DNA of 64,000 nucleotides from Proteromonas lacertae (lineage: Eukaryota): contig NGBS01000871.1 in the NCBI GenBank assembly GCA_002245135.1, positions 496,001 to 560,000 on the forward strand, given 5' to 3'. Under the pieces are notes generated by a model. It was not told the origin of the DNA. It saw only the letters and a list, made by a program, of their open reading frames with translations, and searched no databases. Position 1 is the first letter of the stretch. Each line of letters starts with the position of its first letter. The position numbers were made by a program, and so were the translations under genes. This document shows, one piece after another, positions 26,218 to 39,700 of this stretch.

Positions 26218-26232
26218 ATTCTAGAACATTCG
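26218..26232 (+). promoter_or_regulatory. Heat-shock element upstream of polyubiquitin
   Basis: aTTCtaGAAcaTTCg is three alternating nGAAn units, about 75 nt upstream of the ubiquitin ATG. Confidence 0.6.
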
Positions 26233-26296
26233 TTATGAAATGTTTTAAATCCCGCCAAAATTTCATTCGTTGTTTTCTTCTCATATTTACTTATAA

Positions 26297-26770
<474 letters not shown>

Positions 26771-26870
26771 AATAATTTTTAATTAATAGATCTTTTCGAA
26801 GAAGATTTATATATGTGTTTTATAGGATTATTTATAAATTCATAAAATAAAAACAATTTCTAATAAAGAA

Positions 26871-28006
26871 TTAATAATATTTTAAATTAGCAAGTTTTTC
26901 ATGAACATCTTTTAATCTTTGTTTCAACATATCTGATGATTTCTTTGGCTCTCTTCTATCTTTCAATTTAATGTCACCATTCCTTCCTACTATCACTTTT
27001 TGTAAGGGATGGTTGATTACTACACCTCCGTTGCTCTTATACTCGGAAGATGATGAAGAATAGGTAGAGTTGGATGAATTATCTAAATCTACATGAACTG
27101 AACCTGCTTTTGTCAAGTGAACAGATCTATTAGGAGACATAAATAAGTTACTATTGCTATTTGGATTAATATTTTCTTCATTACCTAATTCGAATTCTAC
27201 TGGATGTTTAGGTAGGCTGTTATGTTTTTTATGATTATGATTATGGTGAGAATGAGAAGAAGGTTGTTTAATAGTGGTGGAAGGTTGTTTCTGTTGATAT
27301 TGTTGTGGAATTGATTTATTAGCTGGCTTTGTAGTTGGTACTTTATTATATTGCTCAATAGTTATATCAACTGGGTATAATGGGTATTTGGAGTTGATTT
27401 TAGGTTTATTGTAGCTAATATTAATATTTGGAGATGAAGACATGTCAGATGAAGTATCAGCAGAATAAGATGATGAAGGAGATATATTGCTATTGTCGTT
27501 GTTATAATCTGTATCATTTTCTTCTTCATTTTCATTTTCATCAGTTTCTGGATGTTGAGATGTATATATTGTCGCTTTAAAAGGTGGATATTTCGGTTTA
27601 AATGACATAGTAGATTGCATTTGTTTATATGAGTCTAATTCTCTCTTACTGTTGTTATTGTTAATATTAATATTATTGTGTTTTGGTTTTGATTTTATTG
27701 TCTCAGCTGCTAATTGATTTAACCTCTGATTCTCATATAATGCTCCTAATAAATGTTTTTCTTTCTCTTTATTCTCTTCTTCTAAATGGTTTAATGTTTC
27801 ATGTAAATTCTGATGTTTTGCTTCATTTCTCATCTTATAATTATTATATTCTTCTTTGATTTGATTGTATTTATTTGATAATTGTGTTATATCTTCTCCT
27901 TTATTTTGTAATAAAATTAATAATTGATCATTCAATTCTGATTGTTCAGTTGCCATTTTTACAGTTTCTAAATGTTCATTGTTTACTATAAAATATCAAA
28001 ATTACA

Positions 28007-28037
<31 letters not shown>

Positions 28038-30966
28038 TAGCATAATCTTCAATCAGTTGATCTTTCTGTTTGTTTAATTTATTCTTCTCTTTTCTCAGAT
28101 TTTCAATTTCATTTTGCATATTTGTACTAAACTCCATTTGATTGGCTGATCGATTTGCTATTACATATTTCAGCTTATTAATTTCATCTATTTTAGATTG
28201 TAACTGATGAATGGTTTCTTCATATTTTACTTTATACAATTCATTTTGTTTTTCTAAATTACTTACGCTATTCTCTAAAATTGATACTTTTGATTTCAAT
28301 GTGTTTGTTTGCATCTCTGAGTCTTTATATAACACTTTAATCTTATCAGCTTCACTAGTAACATACTGTTGATCCATCAATTGAGACTGTAAATTTTTAA
28401 TTTGTTTTACCAAGTCATTATGAGTGGAATTTATATCATTTACTTGTTCAGGTGTTAAATGATCACATAAACTGTTTATAACAATATATTCTATTAATGT
28501 GTTGATTGTATTAACATATATTTCAACTATATTCTGAATATCATTCTCCATCACTTCTAAATCATTTTCATCTCTATTTTCAATCATATTTACATTATAT
28601 TGTGGTAGAATTGATTTGAATATAACGTCATTCTCATGTTTACTGTATAAGTCTTGAATGGAGAAAAATATAAGGTGATGAATAGCTGAGAATCTTGATC
28701 TAATACCTAATACACTATCTTTAAGAGTAGTATAGTTGTTATATATTTCATCTTTATTACTTAGTTGTTGTTTGTATTGTTCTATTTCTTGAAGTAATCT
28801 ATTGAATAATAATAGTAATATGTTTGTATATATATATACTCTCCTATTCTTACTCTATTTTCTTCATATTCTGATTCTTTATCTTTTAATTCGTGTAACA
28901 TATTCTTTAATCTTTCATTCTCATTAATAGTATTCTCATAATTATTCTTTTCTTTTATTAGTTCAGTATATTCTGAGATTATTTGAGTGTTTGTAGTGAT
29001 CTTTGATTTTAATACATCACATTCAGACTATAATATATATATAATATATTAATACATTCAATTGATTGTATTTCTCCAATTGTTGCTGTAATTGTAATGT
29101 CAAATCATTTATAGTCATTTTATATTTATTTTCTCTTTGATTTACAATCTCTAAGAATGAAGAAAATACAGTTGCTAATATCTATTTCAATAATAATAAT
29201 AATATTTTATACATTATCATCATCAACATGATAAACATCATTATAAATCCCATCATCGTAATTATTCTGATTGGTCCTCACAAACTGACTTAATTTCGAT
29301 ATAAAGTCACTATTCTTATTATTTACTTCTCTTAAACTATTAATTGTCTTTATATCAGTATCAACATGTTGTTTTAATGTAATTAATTCATTATTGATAT
29401 CTTTATTATCACTTTTTAATGTCATTAACTCTTTATTAACTTTATCTCTTTCTTCTTCCAGGTTATCACAGTTTTCAGTCATCTTTGTCAGTTCTTCTTG
29501 TGTTTTATTGTATTTTTCTTGTAGTTTATTATAGGTTGTAACTATTTCCTGATATTCATTTTGAACTTGGCTTAATTCATCAGATAATGATCTATTCTCA
29601 TTTTCTAGTGAATTTTTATTTTTTGATATATCACTATGTTGAAGTTGTAATTCATTTATTTTTTCATCTTTCAATTGTATATTGCACTGTAAATCTTCAT
29701 TAAGTATTTGTAAATTATTTTTCTCTTCTAATAATTCACTGTTTTCTGCTTTATATTTTTCTAATTCTTTACTCATCTCTTCATTGTTTATTGTCAAATT
29801 TTCTACCTCATTCTCTAATTCAGGTAGTTTGATTTCATATTCATTTATTTTTTCACTCATTTCAGCATTTTCTACTTCCAACTTGTCTCTTTCCTTTACT
29901 TTTGGTTCAATCTCTTTTAACTTATTATTCAAATCTAAAACTAACTGTTTAAATCCTTCAATTTTTACTTGACATTTTTCATTATCACTTTTGTATTTTT
30001 CTGCTGCTTTATAATCCATAGATGACTTAATATTAGATAGTTCATACTTTAATGATTCATTTTCTTTTGATATCTTTGTTAATTCTTCATTTATTATGTT
30101 TCTTTCTTCACATATATTCTCATACTCATTGTGTAGATTCTTATTTTCTTCTTTTAATTCGTTATTTTCAACTTCATATTGTGTATTCATTAATATAATG
30201 CTTTTATCATCTGATTTGCCAATTTCTATTAATTTTCCTTGTAAAGTTTTTTCTATTATTGAAATATACTTCTTTAATTCTTCATTTAATTGAGTTTGAG
30301 TCTTTAAGTTGCTTAATAATGATTCATTATCTTTCTATTAACATATTAATAATAAACATATTAAAATATACTTGTATCAAATTGTATTTATTTACTATTT
30401 CATTATATTCAACTTTTAACCTTGTATAATCTGGATTTTTATTGGATTTATTAGTACTAGAAGTAAATGTATTTGATTTTATTGCTGTATCTACTGCTTT
30501 TGCTTTGTTTAATGATGATTGAATTATTCTGTTCTTCTCTTTAAGCTCTTTTTCTAATGTTTCATTTCTTGTTTCGTATAAAGCTCTCTTTCTATCACAA
30601 CTTTCAAATTTCTTTAGTAGACTATAGTAATCGTTAGTTAGTTTTTGTATTTGGTCTTTTAACTTCCCTTCTTTTTCAGAATCTTCTGGAGGTGGTGGTG
30701 GTGGAGGAGGGGTTGATACTGTTTGTGGAGATAATGGTAATGGATGACCTGGTGACAATTGTCGTATTCTTTTTTCACATAGTCTTTTGTATTCCTTTAA
30801 TTCCTCATTCTCTGCTAATAAATCTTGTACTTGATTGGCTTGATTTCTAATTTTCTGTTTTAAAGCAAATGGAATTTGACTTGACAATATTTTACTATCT
30901 TCTCCTAATGAAACAATAATGAATAGAATTAATACCTGGTTTATCAATAACCGTTTTGCCTTTCAT
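26871..30966 (-). CDS. Long coiled-coil protein
   Basis: ATG at 30966. GT-AG introns join ORFs 30327-30947, 29207-30190, 27976-28587 and 26871-27956. Heptad-rich, with N-terminal YKRLCEKRIRQLSPGHPLPL. Confidence 0.75.
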
Positions 30967-31480
30967 TGATTTTTTATCAAAATATTTATTTTGGTTAATT
31001 AATAGTGATTGTTTCAAAAAGAATTTTTAAATTTTAAAAAATGACAGTTTAAAATAATTTGAATTTTTGAACTTAAACTCTCATAAAAACAATGAATTAG
31101 GCCTATTTAAATAGATGAAAGATGTAATTTGGTATAATGCCGTATATAGAACCATTATAAATGTACTGATTGGTTATCTAATAAAATACCAATTAAATAA
31201 TCATTATGTTATTGTGATTTGTATTTTTATCTATTCTCTAACTCTATATCATAGCGTTCTTAATGTAGTATGATAAAATGAATAAGTAGATATAAATAAT
31301 AACAACATGTAAGATTTATTTTTAGAAGCAGTTTGATGATTCTAACAATTACTGACTTTCTAAAGCCCTACAATGACTTTAAAATTGCATAATAAACAAA
31401 TGTTGATTTGTTACACCAAACCTTTTTGAATATCAAGAAAATATTAGATAACTAAAGAGGTTTTTTTACTAAAGAATTGT

Positions 31481-31975
31481 ATGTTTAATAGAATGGATGA
31501 ATATGATGGGTTTTTTGCTAATATAGATAATCTTAGCAGTGAAGAAGACAGTGATGATAATTCTTTATTCATTAACTATTATATAACAAATGGTTTGGGA
31601 AATCAATCATTAAATTTATCTGATTCTGATAATGATACTGTAGGTAGTAGTTTCGAAGACAGCGATGTTGATTATGATAATGGTTATAATATTGAATATA
31701 AAAACGAATTGATTATAGCATTAGACAGATTGAATAATGCTGTTAATAAATTGGGAGAAATTAATACAAAGTCTAACAGCAATCGTATTTTTTATTTCTA
31801 TTTGTGAATAGTGTTGTGCAGCATATGTTACTTATGTCCAAGAGAATATGCATATCTTCCATGTGGTCATTTCTGTGTTTGTGAGTGTTGTATGAAAAAA
31901 TCAAAGAAAATCAAACCAAATCAATGTCCTTTATGCAAACAACCAGTTAGTGAATGTCAAAGAATATATTTATAG
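31481..31975 (+). CDS. RING-HC (C3HC4) E3 ubiquitin ligase with acidic N-terminus
   Basis: After the intron at about 31785-31811 it reads CSICYLCPREYAYLPCGHFCVCECC...CPLCKQPVSECQRIYL*. Confidence 0.85.
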
Positions 31976-32044
31976 AACATATATAATAGTAATAATAACT
32001 TAAATTTAACAAATTTTTAATAAATATATATATAATTTATTTAT

Positions 32045-33024
32045 TTATGTGTTCATTACAATTACAACTGCTAAAACAATAATAATAAGAATAGTTCCTC
32101 CAACAATTGGAATGCAATATCTACAACTGCTGTAACTTCTTCTATTTGATGATATTTTTGGTAGATCAGGAGGTACAGCAATAGATAACTGCTTTTTAGG
32201 ATCAGTTTTCCATTTATAATTCAATATTTCATCAGCTTTAATTCTGTCTCTTGGCTTAATTTCAATCATTTTATACATTATTTGTACTAACTCCTTTGAA
32301 TAGGCATCTGGTACTTTTTTGGGTTTGAATTTTCCTAAAGTATACAAATTCACATAACCTTCAGTGTCAAAAGGACATTTTAAAGCCATTAGTTCGTATA
32401 ATACAATTCCGCTTGACCAAATGTCAGTTGATTCATCATATCCTTGTCCAAATATTATTTCAGGTGACATGTACGATTTAGTACCTGCTTTTGTATAACT
32501 TTTATCTCTTCCACTTAATGTGGTTGATATACCAAAATCTCCTAAAATCAGATTATTTCTATCATCTAGAAATAGATTATTGGATTTAATATCTCTATGT
32601 ATAATTTTTCGACCATGAATAAAAGACAAAGCTGTCATTAAGTTCATTAACCATTTTCTTATCAATACTTCAGATATTGTATTACCTATTGCTTTTGCAT
32701 TTCTTATATACTTCATTAAATCTCCTTTTTCGTAATAGGTCATAACCATACACATAGAATTCTGTTTATTCAAGGAAGCGAGAAAAACATCAGTAAATTT
32801 AACAATATAAGGACAGTCTAGACTTTTTAAAAGATTGGCCTAAAAATACTATATGTACTTAACTCTTATACTTCCTTTAGAGCATCATTTACTGAATCTG
32901 TCGATTTAAAATCTACCTTTATCGTCTTTATTGCGAATATATTACCATTATCTTTATGTTTAGCTTTGTAAACAGATCCAAAACCTCCCTCTCCTAATTG
33001 GCAAATCATTTGGTAGTTATCCAT
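32045..33024 (-). CDS. NEK/NIMA-related Ser/Thr kinase with C-terminal transmembrane helix
   Basis: MDNYQMICQLGEGGFGSVY, IIHRDIKSNNLFL, DFG, GTKSYMSPE and DIWSSG, then a hydrophobic tail IVGGTILIIIVLAVVIV. One intron. Confidence 0.9.
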
Positions 33025-33197
33025 CACACTATTCTAATATGTTTGTCAAATTTATTCTAATCAAAAATATAACATCCCGATAAATACTATATATGAAATG
33101 ATATTTTTATTTAAAAAATTTCAAATCGATATTTATCCGTTTCATTTATTTAATATTTCAACAAAACGACAGAATAATTACTTAAACACAGTTATAT

Positions 33198-33819
33198 TTA
33201 TTTCTTTATACCATCTAGACGAGTATAGAGTTCAAAATATTTGTCCATTTGCCTCTTCTATATTTCATTAAGAATTTCAAAAAAATAGTGATAAAAAAAT
33301 GATATATGATGATCTGGATTTATTGATGATACAGAATGCTGCAAATACGGAGGATGCTGTGTATTGGCACTATATACTCGAGTATTACTTGAAATTTCAT
33401 CTTCATAAAGCATCATTATTCCTGGACCTATAACATAATAAATTGTACTATTATCATACAAACAGACACACAATCTCCTAACTTCACTTTTGAACCAATT
33501 ATTGCTTTTGCTCCTATTTCACAACAATTACCTATCTATAAATATTATTAAACAAAATAATATAGCTATACTGATATAGCATTTATAATGCATCCTTCTT
33601 TAAAATGGTTATAATCACCTATTACTATTTCATTTTCTAACAAAATAATATATTTCTATTCATGCCTGTTTGATTTACTATTTGGACATTTTCTTCGAAT
33701 ATATTGTGTGAACCTATAACAATTCTTCCCAATTCTCCATTCAAAACACATCCTGATTGCATATAACATTTTTCTCCAATGGTAACTGAGCCTATTATTA
33801 CAGCTTGACTACTCTCCAT
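33198..33819 (-). CDS. DCTN6: Dynactin subunit 6 (p27), left-handed beta-helix
   Basis: IIGSVTIGEKC...GRIVIGSHNIFEENVQIVN...IVIGDYNHFKEGC...IGNCCEIGAKA. Introns: one GC-AG, two GT-AG and one probable AT-AG. Confidence 0.8.
33258..33305 (-). other. Probable U12-type AT-AG intron (48 nt) in DCTN6
   Basis: Donor ATATCATTTT matches the KATNAL2 donor. ATTCTTAAT branch-like motif about 10 nt before AG. Removal extends the protein with KRQMDKYF...GIKK*. An alternative GTATCA donor at 33332 is in the same phase. Confidence 0.55.
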
Positions 33820-33859
33820 AGAATAAATAAGAAAAATTAGATCAAGCCTTCTCGAACAT

Positions 33860-34598
33860 ATGTCTTTTTCAAATTTAAATTTTGAAAAATGTGATAATAA
33901 AATTCAACAGTCTATATCAAATACGATATCTAAATATCAAAGCATGTCCGAATCTGTTGATCCTAAGACAGTTGTTAGAGATCTTACTGAATTAGATCAA
34001 ATTATTAAAATAATTTTAGTATCAACAGTAGCAGATAGTATAGATAAAACTATTATAATTAATAGATAATAAAAAAGTAGAAGAATTATCTTCAAGATTG
34101 AAAGGAGTTATAGTAAAGATGGAAAATAACAGACCTACTAATATACCGAGTGATGCAAAAGAGGAATTGTATAAAAAATTAAAGTCAAAATTGACGCAAA
34201 TTGATTTAGAATATAGAAAAACATTAAAACAGAATATTTCACTTAATAAAACACTAGATACAATAAAATCAAAAACAGTAATGTTAGAAAAACAATTGAA
34301 ACATACTTTTGATTCATTGATATCATTACAAGAAAGAATAAACTCAGATGAAAAAAATAATGATTTAAATAGTGATATAGAATCAATGAAAAATGAAATA
34401 AATAATACATTAGACAATTATTCTCAAATATTTACAAAGACCCCTATTAATACTCCAATAGATATAAAAACAAGGTCGATAACTCCAATTCTTTTGTCAA
34501 GTATTAAATCTTCAAATAGATCGTTGAACCAAAACCATGATGATGATTATGCAAGGCAGAGTCTTTCATTTAGTGGCATCCAAGAAGAAGTAGACTAA
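33860..34598 (+). CDS. Uncharacterised coiled-coil protein
   Basis: Two ORFs joined by a GT-AG intron at about 34037-34064. Start at 33860 or 33944. Confidence 0.65.
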
Positions 34599-34827
34599 TT
34601 CGTATGTAATATATTATATTTAATGTTATATATTTATGGTGGTTTGTTGTCTAAACAAAAAGACAGAAAATAATTCTATTTCGACAGTGTAGAGTGAAAG
34701 GTTAGACAGAATAAACACAAACCATAACTCGAGAAAAAGTGTTTTAGAAAGAATTGAATTGCATTATTTTCTTCTATTCTTGGTTTTATTAATTCTGTAT
34801 ACTATCCATTCAAATCACTAATTAAAA

Positions 34828-36383
34828 ATGGTTAATACTGCCCCATTTGGAGTTATTATTTCATTTGTTTCTACTTTCTCGAATTCTATGGGAATGGTGC
34901 TGGTATAACCTTAGCATTTAATATTTCTAGCAAAAAGTTGGTTATAACAAAAGAGACAAAGCATTTTTAGAACATATGAGGTCAATCAACAAAACAGACT
35001 GGAAAGAAGAAGATAAACCAACAATTTTCAAAAACTGGATTTGGTGGCTTGGTATAATACTTATGGCCTGTGCATCATTATTTGATTTTGGTATTTTTAT
35101 TTATATGTCTATAATATCATAATAGCAAGTTATGCACTAGCTCCAGCATCCTTATTAGCACCATTAGCATCAATGACCTTAGTATGGAACACATTATTGT
35201 CATGGAAAATCCTGGGAGAGTATATAGGCTGGAAAGATATCTTCTCAATAATGATCATCATGGTTGGAGCTATTTTAGCTGTAGTATTTGGTGATAAAAC
35301 AGCAGCAGATGTATTGAATCTATATTATATATATATATATATATAATAATAGTACAATCTTGACGGATTAATTGAATTGTATAATGAGACGTCTACACAA
35401 GCGTATTTAGGTGTATTAGGTTCAATAATAGTCATATCTATGATCAGTATTAAAGCAATGTCAGTAATGATCAAATTAGACAAGTATGCATGCTGTTGTA
35501 ACAAGAAATCAGTTTTAATGATCCATCCTTTATTATATGGATTAGTTGGTGGCTTGTTTGGTGGTTTAACTTCCATTCTTACTAAATCTGTTGGTGAAAT
35601 ATTGTCTAATTTGTTCCAAGGTGATCCTGATGGATTTAAACATTGGGAATCCTACCTATTAATTGTAGGCATGATTTGTTCATTGTTATTGCAAGTATAA
35701 ATCAATATCTTTTGTTATTTAATTAGATTCGTCATTTGAATGGTGGATTAGCAGTATATGATGCAATGATTATTGTACCAGTTTATCAAACGTATGATTA
35801 TATAATATATATTAATAGTTTTTGGATTTTAGCATCAATTTTAAGTGGTTCAATTTATTTCCAAGAGATTAATAACTTTAATGATACTCAATGGGTCATG
35901 TTTCCAATTGCAATTGTTATTACACTGTTAGGATTATGGGTATTATCAGCCTGTAAATCAAAACCAGATAAAAATAAAGCAAAAGCAGAAGATGATGTAC
36001 CAACAGCTTTAAATAATGAAAGGAAAATGAGTCTAGCTGATGCTGGTGAAACAATAGAAATGGGAATTAGAGTTAATGATACTCCAGAAGTTGTAGATGA
36101 TAATAATTCAAGTAAATTACATATTAATGCATCAGATAGTGATACAAACTACAAGCCACCACCTCAGATTGTAACTCAACTTTCTAACACACATTCTGAA
36201 AAGAAATCATCACCACGAAAGAAATCACTCGCTTCTAAAAGTCCTACAAAACCAAATTCAGTATTGAATAAAGAGAATAAGTTGACTAAAACTCCGGAAT
36301 CATTAAAACCAATGAATTCAGAAGGAGGAGAAGTATTTGAAACTCCAATAAGTATTGATATTCCATCTCCTGATAAAATCTAG
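34828..36383 (+). CDS. NIPA-family Mg2+ transporter (DMT superfamily)
   Basis: GMVLQK, WIWWLG, SYALAPASLLAPLASMTLVWN, LNGGLAVYDAMIIVPVYQ and GSIYFQE. Five GT-AG introns. Confidence 0.9.
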
Positions 36384-36787
36384 GTATTTTTAAATATCCT
36401 TGATTCGTTTTTCATTTTAATAAATACAAATTATAATTTATGTTTTTAAAATTTTATATATATATTATATATTGTCATTTTTATAATTTTAAAAAGAAAA
36501 TATGAAATTATTATTTAATGAAAATTAAGTATTTTGTGTGGATACTTCTTTCTAAATATCCTTTACTTTTCTCTCATTTAATTTTTCAACAAATATATTA
36601 TATTTTAAGCAAAACATTTTTGAATGAAAATATATACGTTTCGTTTTCTTTTTTTGATTTTTATTTCCGCGTTCTCTTAACAAACACAAATATTATCATT
36701 AAGAAAAATTACTTTTTTAAAAAGATAATAATAATAATAATAATAATAATATTTACTTGTTTATAAATATATCTATTCAATTCTCAT

Positions 36788-39700
36788 CTAATTAACTGGC
36801 CTTCTTTCAGCTAAACTAACTCTAGTCATACTCTTTTTATCACTCGGTTGAGCTGGAGATGATTTTTGAGCATCATTATTTGGATTATTCATATCAGGTA
36901 CTGATTTCCTCATCTGAAGTGGAGTAACTGTAGTTGATGGATTCATTGGAATACCAACTGATAATCGTGGTGGAGGTCTTTGTGGTTTATTATTATCACT
37001 GTTATTTTGACTCAAATTAGCAGCTGAATTTCTACTTCCTGGAATCATATTTCCTATATTGGCTGTAGAACCTCTTGGACCAACTACAGGAGTTGCTGCT
37101 GTTGCTGGATCTGCACCATTCAACTCAGGATCAGTATACTTCAAATATGGTAGAATAGCAACAGCTACAGTTTGTGGAGTTGAGAATTTATAAGGTGATA
37201 AGAAGAATGGTCTAATTGGACGTAATGTACTTAATCGACTGTTTCTCATTGATTCATATTGCGATCTTTTTGATTTTCGTGATTGTTTCTTGGACATACT
37301 TCCTTTAGATGTAAAACTATCGATATATGTTGAACCAATTCCTGCTTCTTTACCAATTGCATATAATTTCACTCCGAATTGTAACACTAAAACGCTAATT
37401 ACTGTTATTTGACATCCTGCTGATCGTAATACCATTAGTGTATTAGGTTCTCCAGACATAACATAATTCAACGGAACTAAAATAACACCTAAAAATAACA
37501 CTACTAATATAGTAATAGCTAAACTCAATGATTCATTATATTCTTTACTTGCCTTTCTCACTTTCCAAGCTAAATTCACACCAAATATAAAGGAAGCAAA
37601 TACAATAATCAATTGTACAATAACGAATCCATAAGATTCAGTACATTGAGGTATATAAACATCTTCATAATATGTACTATAAGTGTTTGTTCTTGTTTCA
37701 GTATAAACTGAAGGATCTATTCCCCACCATAGACCATTATAAGCACATTGAAGTACAACAACGAACAATACAAACCTGAATAATTGACTGTTAGTAATAG
37801 TTACTCTTTTCAATTGCATATTATTGAATAATTTATGAATTCTCCATGCTTTACTAAACATAATACTGAATATAATATCAACTGATAATGATAACATCCA
37901 CACTCTTTCAGCACAAACCCAACGATAATCTAATGGTGTAAAACTGAAGAAAAATCCTGTAATAGATAAAAAAAATAAGCCTGCTAAAGTTGCATACATA
38001 AATGGTGGACTGGAACATCTAACAACTCTTGTCCAATTATAATATTTCAATATTCCTGCTACAGCAAATATTAATATGATCGTAATAGCAAATATGATTA
38101 TACAGAAAGTAGATGATACTGAATTACTATTATAATATCTCTTTATTTTTCCAAAAACACATTTTTCTTTTTCTACTGATTTATCTGCATAAGGTTCTGG
38201 TATAACAACATCTTGTTCACCTGAAACTGGATAGATTTGAGTCTTTCCAGCATTTTCTTCAATTTGTAAAACATAAATACATTTTGTTACATAATTTGAT
38301 GATGTTAATGACAAATCACAAGCAGGTGAAGAAGAGATAATTTCTTGAGAAACAATTCTTAAGAAATCATCGTTAGGAACAACTCCATCATTCTTTTTCT
38401 TTCCTGTTATTGTTATTGATTTCCATACTTGCATTGCTTCATAGGTATTTTCTAATTCTTCAGAGATATAAACATCATTATATAAGTAATTCTTTATTGT
38501 GTTTTTAAACACTTCATTATTCATACTATCTATAGATGGTTCATATGTTGCTACTATATAACTTCCACTTAAATCCATCACATCTTGTTTGCTTAAGATA
38601 CTTTCATCATAGTGGAATAACATATATAATAATGAATCTTTCTTAAATGGGAATGTCTTCATTCCTGCTAAAAATTCAATAAAATCTTGACCATAATAAT
38701 AAACAAATATTCCTAATCTCCCTGAGTTGGGATTATTATCAATTGCATTGGAAATACAATCACTTACTTTAGCAATATCTTGTTTATTCTCTGCTAAATT
38801 GTAATAACATTCTGCCACTAATGTTGACTTACTGTCATTAATAAACCTTTTTGTTTGAACTGATCGGATGTTTGTTGATGTGTCATTTCTTCCTAATATC
38901 ATATATACCGAAATATCATTTCTACTTGCCATAGTTAAAGCAATTTTCACTTTTTCATTTGGTAAATTTCCAAAGTTTAAAACATAAGCATCACACGAAT
39001 CTCCTTCATTATAACCAGTGTAATAAAATAGTCGATGTTCTTCGCTATAAACTGAACCAATTTTGTCTCTACATTCAGGAGTAGCACAACCAAATGCTGC
39101 TAATATATTCTCATCATAAATATATTGTTTTGCTGATTTTACCATTGCGAAGTTTGATATATTACCAAACTCATATTTAGGTATCATTAAGAATTTTCCA
39201 AATGAATGTTCATCATTGATTGTTTTGACGATTTCTGATTCAATTAATGCTCTTGTAGTCTCAGATATACCATCTTCACTGGTTAACTCGTGGTAGAATA
39301 ATACTGATTTTGTTTCATGAGTAACTACCTTTGTGAAATATTTAGTTGGATCATCATCTGAAGCATCTGAATTGATTGTACATTCCATTCCTAAAGTATC
39401 ATTTGCATAATAATCAAACACCTCAGGTGTAACTGTAGTCATTATATTCGGTACAATCTTTGCTACGCCTTGATCATTGTATCTTATAGTCCAAATTCTT
39501 CTTGCTAAAAATGATGTTTCTGTAATATAGGTTTCACCACTTGGAGCATTGTATAAATACTTCATCAACAATTCTCTTAATTTCTGTGTATTACCACCAT
39601 ATGATATTTCATATAATTTAGCCATTGATCTTACAGCTGTATAAGTTGCTTCAATTATTGGTGTAACAGGCATCTGTCCAATAAAGCCTTTTATACCTGT

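Noticed and set aside
31115..31268. Possible 39-aa spliced ORF (MKDVIWYNAVY...) with an intron-like segment at 31221-31254
   Set aside because: Too short and without recognisable similarity. It could be UTR or chance.
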